Shown piece by piece: positions 27,301 through 37,641 of a DNA stretch of 64,000 bases (the stretch's first letter is position 1; the number at the start of each line of letters is the position of its first letter). Location of the stretch: assembly GCA_036121365.1 (NCBI GenBank), contig JAZAFR010000001.1, forward strand, positions 42,026 to 106,025, in the 5' to 3' direction. The notes under the pieces are model-generated. The model was not told the DNA's origin and searched no databases. It saw only the letters and a list, made by a program, of their open reading frames with translations. Both the position numbers and the translations under genes were made by a program. The DNA comes from Pseudomonadota bacterium. Lineage in GTDB: Bacteria > Pseudomonadota > Gammaproteobacteria > Comchoanobacterales > Comchoanobacteraceae.

Positions 27301-29461
27301 CCCAAACCTTGCAATGATTGACTACTTACTTATGCCTGGTCATCTTGCCTTGATCCACGATGCCAATCTAAAAAAAGCCTTGCGTTTATCTTTAGATCAA
27401 CGCATTGTTCATCAGAAAACAAATACTCCAGAAGAAATGAGGGTTCTAGGCGCCATTGATAGCCTTTGCGATCAACTGAAACCTGAGCTACAAGGTCGAG
27501 TTGATCGTATTACTTCTAAAGTTAAACCAACCACATCAGCAACCATTGCAACAGCACTCGGAGACAAAGATTCGCAAATAATAGAACTCCGTCAAAAATT
27601 GACGATTCTAGATCAAGAAGCATCTAAACTCCGAAAAGAGACAAAATCCATAAAAACGAAACCTTATGAAGAACTGACTCTGGCCAGACAAACAATAACT
27701 GATCTTGAAACAAAACTTGCCAATACCAATGCTGATCTTATGTCATGCAGACAAGAAGTAGAGACTCTGGTCAGAACATCTAAGAAAGAAAAATCTGGAT
27801 TGTCACAACTGAGAACCCAATTAAATAGAGCGGAAGAAGAGTACACAACACTCATTCAAAATTTGAAATTACAAATTAAAGAGCAACAAGCACTCATCAA
27901 ATCTTTAGAATCTGAGAAACAAGGGGCTCAATCCAAAATCAAATTGTTAGAATCTCAAAATACATCTCATAATCAGACTTTAGTAGACCAGACACAAGAT
28001 AAAAAACACCAAGCACAATTGTTAGAAGAACAATCTAAACAGCTGGATATGCTAACAAAAAAAAATCAAAAACTGGTATCTGAAGCAACATCATTACGTC
28101 AAAAAAAGTCAGCTTATCAATCTCAAATCCAATCTTTAGAAGCGCAGATACAAGACGCGCAGACCCAAGCAAAACTGTTAGAAAAAAAAGACCAAGAATT
28201 GGCAAAATCAACCAAAAAAAATCAGAACTTGGAATCTGAAGTAGCGTCTTTACGTCAGAGTAAAGCCACTCAATCTCAACGTATTTTAGAGCTGGAAGCT
28301 CAACTACAAAGATTCACTCAGCATCCAGCCTGTGAAGAAGTCACTTCGAGGTCAAAACACACTTCCACAAATCAGAAGCCAGTGACTCGCAAAGGACAAA
28401 GAGATAAACTCATAAATGGGATTTCAGGGTCTGGATCTCTCGGATTTTTTTCTGGTCACTGTATGCAAAATCATTCCAAATCTGACGACAACCGTATTCA
28501 TGATCATTTGTTTCAGCTTGCTCGATCGTTATCCAATAAATCAAGCACCATCTTGTGGAATGGTACCAGTGCAATATGCTATTTGCGCGCCCTATATAAC
28601 TTTCCTGTACAGCACATGACATTTAATCAGCTGCTGACTCAATATGAAAATATTAATCTCCTCGTTGAATCCGCTTCTTCACTTGAATCAATTGCAGAGA
28701 CAATCAGGTTATCTCTGCCTAACTCTTCAGTTACACTCTCCAGCCTCAATAGAAAAATTACTGTCACTATCCCATTTGAAGGTGACCTCTGTTTTACAAT
28801 TGATGTCAAACTAAGCACTAAAATAAACCTTAGACATTACCCAAGCTCTATTTATTTCTCCTGGAACTTCAAAATTCAAGAGTGGAGACCCGGTGATTTC
28901 CATCTTGGGCAACACCACTTTTTATTTTGCTATACTGACACCAGTCTTGAACAGTTGACTGACGAAAACCATTACTCTCTTTATTGGTCCATTCACCAAT
29001 GGATTAAAACCTTTGCATTGGGGTACGCCCCCGATTGTACCCTTTATCTTCTCAACAAAGCTCTATCCAAACAATTACGCGCCTCAGCAGCCAGTGAATT
29101 AACAAGAACTGGTACTAAAAGTTTGATCGCCAATGACATACTCTCCATTATCAAAAAGTTCATAAATACCCCATACCAACAAACCTGTTTCAACTGTATC
29201 GCCTCCTCCCTTGACCGTGATGAGACATCTTTATTGGGCCATATACTGCCAGATGGCGCGACATTTGACCCAACAACGTTTTATGCCAATCCAAAACTCA
29301 CCAATGCAAAATCCTACACCGATGTATTGATTGCATTGAAATCGATTTGGAAAGTTCAAGAAACCAACCCATCACTACTTGAGAGCAAAACTCCCTTTGA
29401 CTGGTCTTCTGTGGTGATAGAATCTTCTCCACAAATGGCAAAAGGTCCATCCAGTCTTTGA
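24308..29461 (+). CDS. Giant ankyrin-repeat and coiled-coil protein (1717 aa)
   Basis: Unbroken 5.15-kb ORF. N-terminal (GK)n tract. ANK-like units (GHTPLMCAIMNQDPNLTRELL, NGNTPVMQACISQHPTLALKLL). About 250 aa of Gln/Lys/Glu coiled coil (LESQ..., LEAQIQDAQTQAKLLEKK). The C-terminal domain is unassigned. Confidence 0.9.
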   Translation: MPTNNGKKKGKGKGKGKGKHPISASANSPQPSASDSSVRDEFSWEDLLNDIRVGALLDTTSNKAAIIKTTLKTPNQIDRKGRSLWDQVAKLDNDFLKFDELKTLIPNAARLETKPYRDRSPLEIAFFMQHTEAVKLLCYFGYNTELISHTFWLHSFIRHLNPTYVKDFCLPFILKTVEPKSTREMLHKFDKEGYCLLTRTLQKFEHYLLNAYAKNPDDQALSQYRKDIEDLCLSIIEHGFNPSHASHQPSLPLNFAIKHSMFDLTAVLLKKFHYDEISILDKEGHTPLMCAIMNQDPNLTRELLKFPCATTPNTLAQNPLHIICTVPFPLEGAFAIIELLTKANVSFDQVDANGNTPVMQACISQHPTLALKLLEKTNNLTAINAKGEHLLTMAIESMTLDPEFQPVVCRLIGHFDQKMHFLKNKFKALCYQKTELEKQDGIHSPQIESLKSQITKTHDDLMQYTNLITKVFPLSDRATKLCLAKSHQILRLDIKISVLTLCFILLDAAKSSSADNLRLTIEELLSIIYAHRLSGSLGDDPFFCAVQFNQVTISLFKHGVLPAQKNFPMILSQVTKSQAASPLTLSDLSSQQLEIIFQINDQLSHIPSSPVQSTVLSPEIDLSPLDETPYAYWPLDWTRNHWPLLGDRLMFECIQDSYTTRALNFLYDHIISANLSPYCHVENSKNLTNCIQAPVRKSLGAVLLKITAQKVSEIDDATHKHELRSTFNIEKSYPKLNPNQVIKLKTIFPPSKKGAGSWIESLTSYLLDPSSKQDPKHTSLTDIFLQCMHEIIWNEYTIIMQKSVDVTILFKSILLLHVADDPLIRQRHLGLLAPFLRVHQSRWETLTVISALGLSPKSSAPSIYERVLESVREKKLDVSQTLKLANDILSRLESKDSDKGKYLCLKVFKHITTSNSFLNGNKVLIEWLKLTQPSSPSQVQALSLAASQDPCQPAIAPLYLLNYCIDQHQQSDEPDFIDEIFKDYVAPHLTYDLLFEKSPNLAMIDYLLMPGHLALIHDANLKKALRLSLDQRIVHQKTNTPEEMRVLGAIDSLCDQLKPELQGRVDRITSKVKPTTSATIATALGDKDSQIIELRQKLTILDQEASKLRKETKSIKTKPYEELTLARQTITDLETKLANTNADLMSCRQEVETLVRTSKKEKSGLSQLRTQLNRAEEEYTTLIQNLKLQIKEQQALIKSLESEKQGAQSKIKLLESQNTSHNQTLVDQTQDKKHQAQLLEEQSKQLDMLTKKNQKLVSEATSLRQKKSAYQSQIQSLEAQIQDAQTQAKLLEKKDQELAKSTKKNQNLESEVASLRQSKATQSQRILELEAQLQRFTQHPACEEVTSRSKHTSTNQKPVTRKGQRDKLINGISGSGSLGFFSGHCMQNHSKSDDNRIHDHLFQLARSLSNKSSTILWNGTSAICYLRALYNFPVQHMTFNQLLTQYENINLLVESASSLESIAETIRLSLPNSSVTLSSLNRKITVTIPFEGDLCFTIDVKLSTKINLRHYPSSIYFSWNFKIQEWRPGDFHLGQHHFLFCYTDTSLEQLTDENHYSLYWSIHQWIKTFALGYAPDCTLYLLNKALSKQLRASAASELTRTGTKSLIANDILSIIKKFINTPYQQTCFNCIASSLDRDETSLLGHILPDGATFDPTTFYANPKLTNAKSYTDVLIALKSIWKVQETNPSLLESKTPFDWSSVVIESSPQMAKGPSSL
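24335..24364. repeat. (GGAAAA)5 hexanucleotide microsatellite, in frame
   Basis: Read directly. Encodes GKGKGKGKGK at residues 10-19 of the 1717-aa ORF. Confidence 0.95.
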
Positions 29462-29597
29462 CCCCTCCAGTCTAAAAAAACACAACCACTTTCCGTCTCT
29501 CCATTCGTTTTATGTTTAATGGACTACTCATATTATAACCAACCGACGAACAACCTTTGAGTCGATTTAAATCATGACCTTAACCAGAAACGACTTC

Positions 29598-30176
29598 TCA
29601 TTCAGATTTTTTTTTACAGTACTCCTGAACCCACTTCACACACTTAAAGTTTCCCGATGCAATCGCTGCATCCATCATTCCTTCATTGGCGTAGACTCTC
29701 ACTTTAAGCCCTTCTTTCTCTCTCAATCCATTCAACAATTCTATATTTCCAGATTCACAAGCTGCCATCCATACTTTTTTTGCCACTGCTAACTTAGCGT
29801 TTTTTACCAATACCCAGTTAACACACTCAATATTTCCTGATCTTGCTGCCAGAATCAATGTCTTTTGTGTCACTTTGAACTGAGGGCCGACAACCACTGA
29901 ATCCCATAACCAACTCAACATCTGAACATTTCCAGAACGAGCAGCCATATTAAAAGTATCTTGGTTAGGCACTTGCTTTTCTTGTTGCCGACACATGCAC
30001 AACAACCACTTAAAAAGCTCTATATTTCCTGAATAAGCTGCCCTATTTAAAGTTTCTTGATCTGCTTTTTGCCTATACTCGTCTGGGCAGACAAACATCA
30101 ACCAATTGACCATCTCTAGGCTACCCTTGCTTGCCGCATCATTCAATCTGTCTCTTTTTTTTGACATAGACTTCAC
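29598..30176 (-). CDS. Small ankyrin-like repeat protein (192 aa)
   Basis: Six units of about 32-35 aa with a AA.SGN(I/V)E....W(L/V) core (AASKGSLEMVNWL, AAYSGNIELFKWL, AARSGNVQMLSWL, AARSGNIECVNWV, ACESGNIELLNGL, AIASGNFKCVKWV). Confidence 0.8.
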   Translation of the reverse strand: MKSMSKKRDRLNDAASKGSLEMVNWLMFVCPDEYRQKADQETLNRAAYSGNIELFKWLLCMCRQQEKQVPNQDTFNMAARSGNVQMLSWLWDSVVVGPQFKVTQKTLILAARSGNIECVNWVLVKNAKLAVAKKVWMAACESGNIELLNGLREKEGLKVRVYANEGMMDAAIASGNFKCVKWVQEYCKKKSE

Positions 30177-30599
30177 ACCTCTTTGTTTGTCACTTTTCTA
30201 TAGCCCGGCTTCCCTGTTTTGTCAAACACCTTACACTTTTATTTTATCTTCCTTATGTTGTGAATCATTTTACAGGATATTAAACGAAAACTCATCCCCT
30301 ATCTAGACCATATCTTTTGTCAATAACCCCACTGCCTTGCCTCTTTATTTTAAAAATATAGATTGGAGAATATCTCTTTCATCATCACGCTCTGCTGATA
30401 TATTTCCAACCAACACCACATATGAACGCCTGATCATGATTGGGGCATGTTGCCATCATATACCTTTATACTTGCACATACCCTCACCCCTTAGGTGTAC
30501 ATTAATCTTCATTTTGGTCTCTTTTAGTCTATTTCGACGAACTTTTCTGACTATTTATATTTGGATTGACTCCAATTGGTCGATGTAGTTTGTTTTCCA

Positions 30600-31274
30600 T
30601 CATTCTCGATATAAATGATTGCGCTCAATATACCTTCTCACTGTATCTGTCAGCCACTGCTCACATCGGTTATTCTGACTCAACTCCTCTCTCACTTGAG
30701 TCGCACTCATAGCAATCCTCTTAAAACTCTCATCCACGTAAATCAAACCACACGCACTTTTAAACAACTCAGCAACTTCTTTCACCTGCCGCTCCATCAT
30801 CATTTTTTGCACGGCTTGACTGACTGACAACCCCTCTCGTGGTATGACGTATAAATGCACAAAATCTACCAAATCATCCCACTCCTGCCACTGATCAATG
30901 CTGTTCATCGCATCATCTCCCAAAACCCAAATCAATGCCGCATTGGGATACTGAGACCTTAACTCTTTCACCGTATCAATGGTCAAACTGTCTGCCCCCT
31001 CCCTATCAATCTCCATCGTACTCATCTCAATATCAGTGCCCTCAATTGACGCCTTGACCATATTGACCCTATCCACATATCCCACCGTGTCTTTCTTGTG
31101 CTCTGGATGCTTATTTGGCATTAGCATCCGTCTAGATTTCGGATACAACCGTGATAAATGATCTAAAATGTATACATGCCCTCTATGAATGGGATTGAAT
31201 GTGCCCCCAAGAATGAAGAAACACTCCCTTGTTGACCTTTCTTCTCTATCTGATATTTCTTTACTTCTTTTCAT
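30600..31274 (-). CDS. nadD: Nicotinate-nucleotide adenylyltransferase
   Basis: GGTFNPIHRGH ((H/T)xGH motif) and a C-terminal SATQVRE (ISxTxxR-like). Start moved to ATG 31274, which has GGGAGG 8 nt upstream. The tracked start at 31358 would overlap the upstream RND gene by 50 nt. Confidence 0.85.
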   Translation of the reverse strand: MKRSKEISDREERSTRECFFILGGTFNPIHRGHVYILDHLSRLYPKSRRMLMPNKHPEHKKDTVGYVDRVNMVKASIEGTDIEMSTMEIDREGADSLTIDTVKELRSQYPNAALIWVLGDDAMNSIDQWQEWDDLVDFVHLYVIPREGLSVSQAVQKMMMERQVKEVAELFKSACGLIYVDESFKRIAMSATQVREELSQNNRCEQWLTDTVRRYIERNHLYRE

Positions 31275-31308
31275 GCACAAAACCTCCCTGTCTAGATCAA
31301 TATCATCC

Positions 31309-34300
31309 TCATAAATGTTCAGACTTTCCGATTTTATGATTGTCATTTCGACTCGCAATCAAAGCAGTCATTGCCGGCAATAATATAATCAACAATACCG
31401 TTGCCATCAATAACCCCGCACACATACTCACTGCCAAGGGAATGATAAACTGAGCCTGTAAAGATTGATTCAATAACAATGGCCCCATCCCCGCAATTGT
31501 TGTGACTGAAGTCAATATCACCGCTCGAAATCTCTCTGTACACGCCTGAATCATTGCCTCAACCATGGGCTTCTTCTGATATGCAATCTGAAACTTATGC
31601 AATAAAATGATCGCATCATTGACCACAATGCCTGTCAGGCCAAATACCCCAAATATTGATAGTATCGTTAAGTTCATCCCCAATATATAATGCCCCAATA
31701 ATGCACCAGAAATTCCAACTGGGATGATCATCATCACCATCAATGGCCATAAATATGACTTCAATACCCACGCCAACACCATATAAATCAATACAACTGC
31801 AATCATCGCTCCAGATTGTATCCCTGCCAACGCTTTAACCTGTGAACGGGCTTGTGTCTCTAAACCTATTTTTACCTGACTGTTTTTCTCAATCTCAGAA
31901 AGACCTCCATTTTTTAAATCTGCAATGATTTCCCTTGTTGTACTGCCTACGGGTGACGTCTCAGCACTCACTACCAAAGAAGGCTGGCCATTATAACTGT
32001 AATACATAGAAAAATCTTTGACCAAATCAATATCTACCAACTGCCCCAACCGATATCCCGTACCGTTGGCAAAGATATACAATCCAGATAACATCTCTGC
32101 ATTCGCCCTACTTCTTGGATCTAAACGCAGTTTTATCTTAATATCCTGCTCGTCTGCATAATCTTTATCAATACTAGATCCCCCTAGTTGAGCAGCCAGC
32201 TCCCTCTCTATATCAATCTTATCTAGACCCAAGGCCTTTGCATGATCTTTTAAACGCAACTGATACTCCAATGGCCCATATGGCATATTGTCCGAAATTG
32301 CATGCACCCCCTGATAAGTTCCTAGTTTTTGTTTTAATGCATCAGATGCCTTTTTCAACATCTTGGGATTATTTCCTTTGATCAGAATTTTAATATCTGG
32401 AACAGGTGGGCCTGCTCGAGGTTCTGTGATACTCAAGTTTTTCATACTTGGTATCCTATTTAACTCATCATACCAACTGTTTATCAACATCTCGTTACTC
32501 ACACTGCGCTGATCTGGTAAAGATAACCCCACAATCATACTCGCATGGTTTGCTGTCACCCCTTTGTTAAATTGCACTAGACTTTTTGGCGCCTTCTGAA
32601 AAGAAAACTGCAATGGCAATTTGACAATTGACTGCCCCTTCTCGCTTAATCGTTCATTGACCTCTGCCAACGCCTTATCAGCATGTGCCAGAAATCCCAT
32701 TACCCGACTCTCTGTCACCCCAGAATCAAAATCAATATCCATCATCACCAAGTTATTTGGCGGAGAAGGAAAAAAGGAAAACGAAATATAACCACTTTGC
32801 AATAGCACAAAAGGCAAAGACACGAGAAAAAAACCAATACTTGTGATCACCACAGCTCTCTGACTCACCCAAACCAACGCATTTTTTAATGTCCCATACT
32901 GAAAATCCCACAGACTTTTTTGTAATCTTGCTTGCCATCTGGGTAAACGCTTAGGAAACTTCTCAAGCGATACCCGTAGATGCCTTGGTAAAATTAAAAA
33001 ACACTCTATTATTGACGCAATCAATACACAGATGATCACACGTGGAATATCAATCATAATCTTTCCATACTCTCCCGGTATCGTCAGCAGTGGAATAAAA
33101 CTGGCGACTGTAGTCATAGATGCCGCCATAATAGGAACAAACATTAATCTACATGCCCGCAAAACCGCCTGCCTTGGTAACACCCCTTTCTGAAACTCAC
33201 TGTATGCCTGCTCTGCCACCACAATCGTGTCGTCGACAATGATCCCCAAAGCCATTACAAACGCAAACGTCGATAAAAAATTAATACTACCACCCACACA
33301 ATACAGCATCACACAACTGGCCGCTATGCATATTGGAATGCCAGATGCAATCCACTTTGCAAGCGATATATGAAAAAACACACCCAACAAAGTCATAATC
33401 AAAATTAGTCCCACAAGACCATTGCCAATCAACAACTCAATTCGATAACGCAGCATTTTCCATGTTTGCTCATATGGCTCTATTTTCACCAAATCACCCC
33501 AACGTCTCTTTGCCTCACTTTGCCATTTACCATATATTTTTTGCAAAGAAAATATATCACTGCCACCAGCATTGCGATTGACCGTTAGACTGATTGCCGG
33601 CATATTGTGTACAAATACACGCGGAGCCTGATATCCCATCTGCTTTTCTACTTCTACCAAGCTTGAGACTCCCACTGTTTGCTGCTGACCAAGTGCCAAT
33701 CTACCAAGATCATCATGCAATGGCGAACTGCTGTAGCCAAATGGCCGCATCAGTCCATTTTCGGATCCCATGACTCTATCGCCAAAATGATCACGTATTT
33801 CTTGCGACATCTGCCGCATGGATACGCCCATTGTATGCAATTGCCGACCTGATGTAGTCAACTCAATGTCTGACTGTTCAGCACCCTGCACCCTAACATC
33901 ATCGACACCCAACCCCAATAAGGATCGCTTTGCATCCATGGCATAATACAATAACTCAGAAAGTCGCTTGGGCCCAGTCATCACAAAACTTAAGACAGGG
34001 TGCTTCATTCTTGGTCGCTCTACTCTATACTCTACATTTGTCAGATTCGCTTGATCCAAACGCTGCCTCACTTTGTCAATCACATATTTATTGTATTGTC
34101 CTACAGTAAAACGTAACACCCAAAAGCATACACCATTTTGCGCTCTTGCCTCTATACTGTCTAAATTTTCAAGACCATATAAATGTGGATCAACTGCCTT
34201 CATCACCTCTTCTTTCATCTCCTTGGGACTGGCATTGTCACGTGTGACAATCACCACCAACACATCTGGATTGAAATCAGGCAAAAACTGTACTGGTAAA

Positions 34301-34404
34301 AACTGACATGCAATATACCCTAGAATCAAAATCACTCCCATAGATACATTGGCCAACACGGGGTGATCAATGGCATAGTTGATTGCACGCCAGCTTATAC
34401 TCAT
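31309..34404 (-). CDS. RND multidrug efflux transporter, second pump of the operon (MdtC-like position)
   Basis: 1031 aa. 12-TM RND architecture, GIIVDDTIVVAE and GIVVNDAIILL motifs, and large periplasmic loops. Confidence 0.95.
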   Translation of the reverse strand: MSISWRAINYAIDHPVLANVSMGVILILGYIACQFLPVQFLPDFNPDVLVVIVTRDNASPKEMKEEVMKAVDPHLYGLENLDSIEARAQNGVCFWVLRFTVGQYNKYVIDKVRQRLDQANLTNVEYRVERPRMKHPVLSFVMTGPKRLSELLYYAMDAKRSLLGLGVDDVRVQGAEQSDIELTTSGRQLHTMGVSMRQMSQEIRDHFGDRVMGSENGLMRPFGYSSSPLHDDLGRLALGQQQTVGVSSLVEVEKQMGYQAPRVFVHNMPAISLTVNRNAGGSDIFSLQKIYGKWQSEAKRRWGDLVKIEPYEQTWKMLRYRIELLIGNGLVGLILIMTLLGVFFHISLAKWIASGIPICIAASCVMLYCVGGSINFLSTFAFVMALGIIVDDTIVVAEQAYSEFQKGVLPRQAVLRACRLMFVPIMAASMTTVASFIPLLTIPGEYGKIMIDIPRVIICVLIASIIECFLILPRHLRVSLEKFPKRLPRWQARLQKSLWDFQYGTLKNALVWVSQRAVVITSIGFFLVSLPFVLLQSGYISFSFFPSPPNNLVMMDIDFDSGVTESRVMGFLAHADKALAEVNERLSEKGQSIVKLPLQFSFQKAPKSLVQFNKGVTANHASMIVGLSLPDQRSVSNEMLINSWYDELNRIPSMKNLSITEPRAGPPVPDIKILIKGNNPKMLKKASDALKQKLGTYQGVHAISDNMPYGPLEYQLRLKDHAKALGLDKIDIERELAAQLGGSSIDKDYADEQDIKIKLRLDPRSRANAEMLSGLYIFANGTGYRLGQLVDIDLVKDFSMYYSYNGQPSLVVSAETSPVGSTTREIIADLKNGGLSEIEKNSQVKIGLETQARSQVKALAGIQSGAMIAVVLIYMVLAWVLKSYLWPLMVMMIIPVGISGALLGHYILGMNLTILSIFGVFGLTGIVVNDAIILLHKFQIAYQKKPMVEAMIQACTERFRAVILTSVTTIAGMGPLLLNQSLQAQFIIPLAVSMCAGLLMATVLLIILLPAMTALIASRNDNHKIGKSEHL

Positions 34405-34488
34405 TGCTGATACTCCCGTCTATTTCTGTTGTTCTGGCTATCTCTCATTGATTGACTCAACACCTTTCATTTTCGACATCTGTTAAGC

Positions 34489-37400
34489 TTAAACATCTCC
34501 ACCTTGTGATCTTTTTCGTTGCCATAAGCCACTCAATGCCGGTAATGATACCACCATGATCAGCATAGAAAAACACAAACCAAATATAATGCTCACCACG
34601 AATGGATGAAGCCATCTTGCCTGCATTGACCGCTCCATTAATAAAGGAAACAAACATACTGCTGTTGTTAATGTCGTTAACAATAACGCACGCGCCCGAT
34701 AACAAATGGCCTTAATCAATAGACGTGTCTGAGTTAATCTTGATTGCTCACTTTTTAAAACATCAATCTGATGCAATAAAATAATGCTGGCATTTATCAA
34801 CACCCCACTTAAACCAAATACCGCAATAATAGACAACAAACTAAAATCAGTCTGAGTGATAAAGTGGCCCCAAATGGCCCCACTGAGCCCAATTGGAATC
34901 ACACACATCATCCCCACGGGCAATATATATGATCGGCTCACCCATGCCAAGATGAAATAAATACACACCAAGCCAACCACTACCCCATAGCCAATCTCTG
35001 CCAATGCATCCCTCTCATCCGGTGACTGCATACTCTCTAATACATCCACATTGAATCCATTTTTGATTGCTTCTATGTCATTTTTTTGTAAATGCTTTCG
35101 TATCTTAGCCGCCGAGTGTCCCTGAGAAACATCCGCTCCAACTCGCACTGCCAATTTTCCATTATACTGGTAATATACTGATGGCTTTTGCCGCATCCTC
35201 CAATCTGCCACCTGCCCCAGCATCACCTGCTTGCCATTGACATAAATTGGGAAGCTCTCCAACATCTCCTCACCCAAAACCTCTTTACGATTTAAGCGCA
35301 GCTTTACCACCCACTGATTATTGCCCGGCAAACTGCTTTCTAATACTTCTGCTCCTTGTAAAAAATCACTGATTTGTTTTGCTAGCATCTCCCTTTTTAA
35401 CCCCAACATGGTTGCTTCCGGTTTTACCATAAGCTCATAAATCACACCGTCCCACTTGATGTTGTCCGTTATATTTTTAACCCCGTCATACTGCCTCAAT
35501 CTTCGTTTTGCCTCTGCAGAGGCCTTCATCAATGTTTGCCAGTCATATCCTTGAATGACCAGATTGATATCTTGCCACTGCGTTTCTCCATGTGGCTGTT
35601 TGATATTGACCTTTTCTACATCCACTGATGGCCCCAGCTCCAAACGCCACTGCTTCTTTATTTTTTCATTGGATAGCGTTCTCTTTGATGGATTGGTTAG
35701 CTGCACAATCATCGATGCATGATTGTGCAGCTCATCTTGAAATACAGGTGCTGTTTCCATAGGAATTGCAGGTAACATATACTTTTCTAACACGGCAACA
35801 ATCACCGGCTTTTTAATACCATTAGATAATACCCACTCGGCTTTTTTTAATGCTTTTTTTGCCTTTGCCATATACTGTTGCATGGTCTTTTGAGTCACTC
35901 CAGGATAAAAGTCGACATCCAATGTGATGTGATCTCGCTCCACATATGGAACAAAATGATATGGCACATGGTTGGTCCACAATAAAACAAAAGGAATCAA
36001 TAATAGACTCATCACAACAGACAGCGTTATCACAGCATGACTGGAGACCCTTTCTAAGACTGATTTTAGACGATAAAACTGTAATCTGTGTATCTTGTTT
36101 TCCATAACCTCACGTGTCGAGCCCCGCTTCCTTTTTGCCTGCATATTTTGTAGAGTTGTGGCCAAATGATGTGGCAGTATGAAAAAACAGACCAGCAACG
36201 ATGCTGTCAATGCAGCAATGATGACCTTTGGAATGTCCTGTAAAAAAATTGCATAACGTGATTGCATCAATAATATTGGCAAAAATGCGCAAACCGTCGT
36301 CAGAGCAGATGCCAATAATGGAGGAAACATCTGCTTTATTGATGCGAGCACTGCTGTTAGCGGCTTAATCCCCCTTTGAATCTTACCATATGCAGTTTCA
36401 GCCACCACAATGGTGTCATCCACAATCATACCCAAAGCCATTAGAAAACCAAATGAGCTTAAAAAATTAATGCTGACTTTCCAATACGATAACAACACCA
36501 TTGATCCTAGTATTGCTACCGGAATACACACCACAATCCATATGGCAAGACTCCAGTCAACAAACACCCATAATAATAATAAAATTGCCATGAATCCTAT
36601 TAGACCATTTTCCAATAATAAAGCAATTCTCTCTTGTGTGATCTTGTATTCAGTTAATAATACTTTTGACTTGATTGCACTGGGCCATTCGAATTGTGCT
36701 TTCTCATACCATTGATAAAATCTTTGCACCAACTTGAGCGCGTTGTCACCCTTGATTGCGCGATTGACCTCTAATAATACTGCAGGCTTACCATTGTACA
36801 GCAAGTACGGTGCAAATGTGTCTTTCTGACTGCTTGTCTTCACTATTTGTTCAAGCTCATAAGATTGACCGCCCAAATGTATGCGCTTTTTCTCTACTTC
36901 ATATGCATCTTTTGGCTTGGATGGCATCTTGACTGCCAAATTCATGCGTTCTGTCTCATACCTGCCAATTGGCCTGTCTTGACTCACATCCATGAGTTGT
37001 TTTGAGATCTCCTCAAGCGGCATATTCAACCGATGCACATCAATGCGATCAATGTCCAATGTGACATGTTCATCCATTAAACCCACCACGCTGACTTTGT
37101 CTAAATTATACTCTGATAATAGCGCCTGCTTAGATTCATTGGCAATCTGTCTCAAAGTATTGATGCTCTCACCATAAATCACAAGCTTTAATAATGGATC
37201 CTGTAATTGCTGCTCTGATATGATAGGCCGGTGACTTGAACTGGGTAAATCAATCTGTTCTACCATATTTCTCACTTCATCGAAAGCGGCAGATAAATCC
37301 GTTTTTGTCTTAAAATCTAATAAAACATAACCATAACCATTCAAGGCAAAGCTTTCTATGGTCCTCAAATCACTGGATGACCTCAATTCATCAGCCAATG

Positions 37401-37641
37401 GTAACGTGATGTTTTCCTGCACTTCTGCTGCACTTGCTCCAGGCCAGTCTACACGCACACTGATCACCGGCCACGGAAAATCAGGCATTGTCTGTACGTT
37501 TAACTGCGTTGCCGATACCAATCCAACCAAAATGACTGTGAATAAAATCAAATTCGCCAGCACAGGATGGAGCATCGCATACTCCATTGCACCGGTGAGG
37601 ATATGTGATTTTTTACCACTGCTTTTTTGCTGATCTTTCAT
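34489..37641 (-). CDS. RND multidrug efflux transporter, first pump (MdtB-like position)
   Basis: 1050 aa. GMIVDDTIVVAE motif and RND topology. 4-nt overlap with the upstream adaptor gene. Confidence 0.95.
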   Translation of the reverse strand: MKDQQKSSGKKSHILTGAMEYAMLHPVLANLILFTVILVGLVSATQLNVQTMPDFPWPVISVRVDWPGASAAEVQENITLPLADELRSSSDLRTIESFALNGYGYVLLDFKTKTDLSAAFDEVRNMVEQIDLPSSSHRPIISEQQLQDPLLKLVIYGESINTLRQIANESKQALLSEYNLDKVSVVGLMDEHVTLDIDRIDVHRLNMPLEEISKQLMDVSQDRPIGRYETERMNLAVKMPSKPKDAYEVEKKRIHLGGQSYELEQIVKTSSQKDTFAPYLLYNGKPAVLLEVNRAIKGDNALKLVQRFYQWYEKAQFEWPSAIKSKVLLTEYKITQERIALLLENGLIGFMAILLLLWVFVDWSLAIWIVVCIPVAILGSMVLLSYWKVSINFLSSFGFLMALGMIVDDTIVVAETAYGKIQRGIKPLTAVLASIKQMFPPLLASALTTVCAFLPILLMQSRYAIFLQDIPKVIIAALTASLLVCFFILPHHLATTLQNMQAKRKRGSTREVMENKIHRLQFYRLKSVLERVSSHAVITLSVVMSLLLIPFVLLWTNHVPYHFVPYVERDHITLDVDFYPGVTQKTMQQYMAKAKKALKKAEWVLSNGIKKPVIVAVLEKYMLPAIPMETAPVFQDELHNHASMIVQLTNPSKRTLSNEKIKKQWRLELGPSVDVEKVNIKQPHGETQWQDINLVIQGYDWQTLMKASAEAKRRLRQYDGVKNITDNIKWDGVIYELMVKPEATMLGLKREMLAKQISDFLQGAEVLESSLPGNNQWVVKLRLNRKEVLGEEMLESFPIYVNGKQVMLGQVADWRMRQKPSVYYQYNGKLAVRVGADVSQGHSAAKIRKHLQKNDIEAIKNGFNVDVLESMQSPDERDALAEIGYGVVVGLVCIYFILAWVSRSYILPVGMMCVIPIGLSGAIWGHFITQTDFSLLSIIAVFGLSGVLINASIILLHQIDVLKSEQSRLTQTRLLIKAICYRARALLLTTLTTAVCLFPLLMERSMQARWLHPFVVSIIFGLCFSMLIMVVSLPALSGLWQRKRSQGGDV

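Noticed and set aside
28380-29461. Possible nucleotidyltransferase-fold motif (NGTS...NINLLVE) in the C-terminal domain of the 1717-aa protein
   Set aside because: The acidic catalytic residues expected in the hG[GS]...D.D pattern are replaced by Asn. The resemblance is too weak without profile or structure searches.
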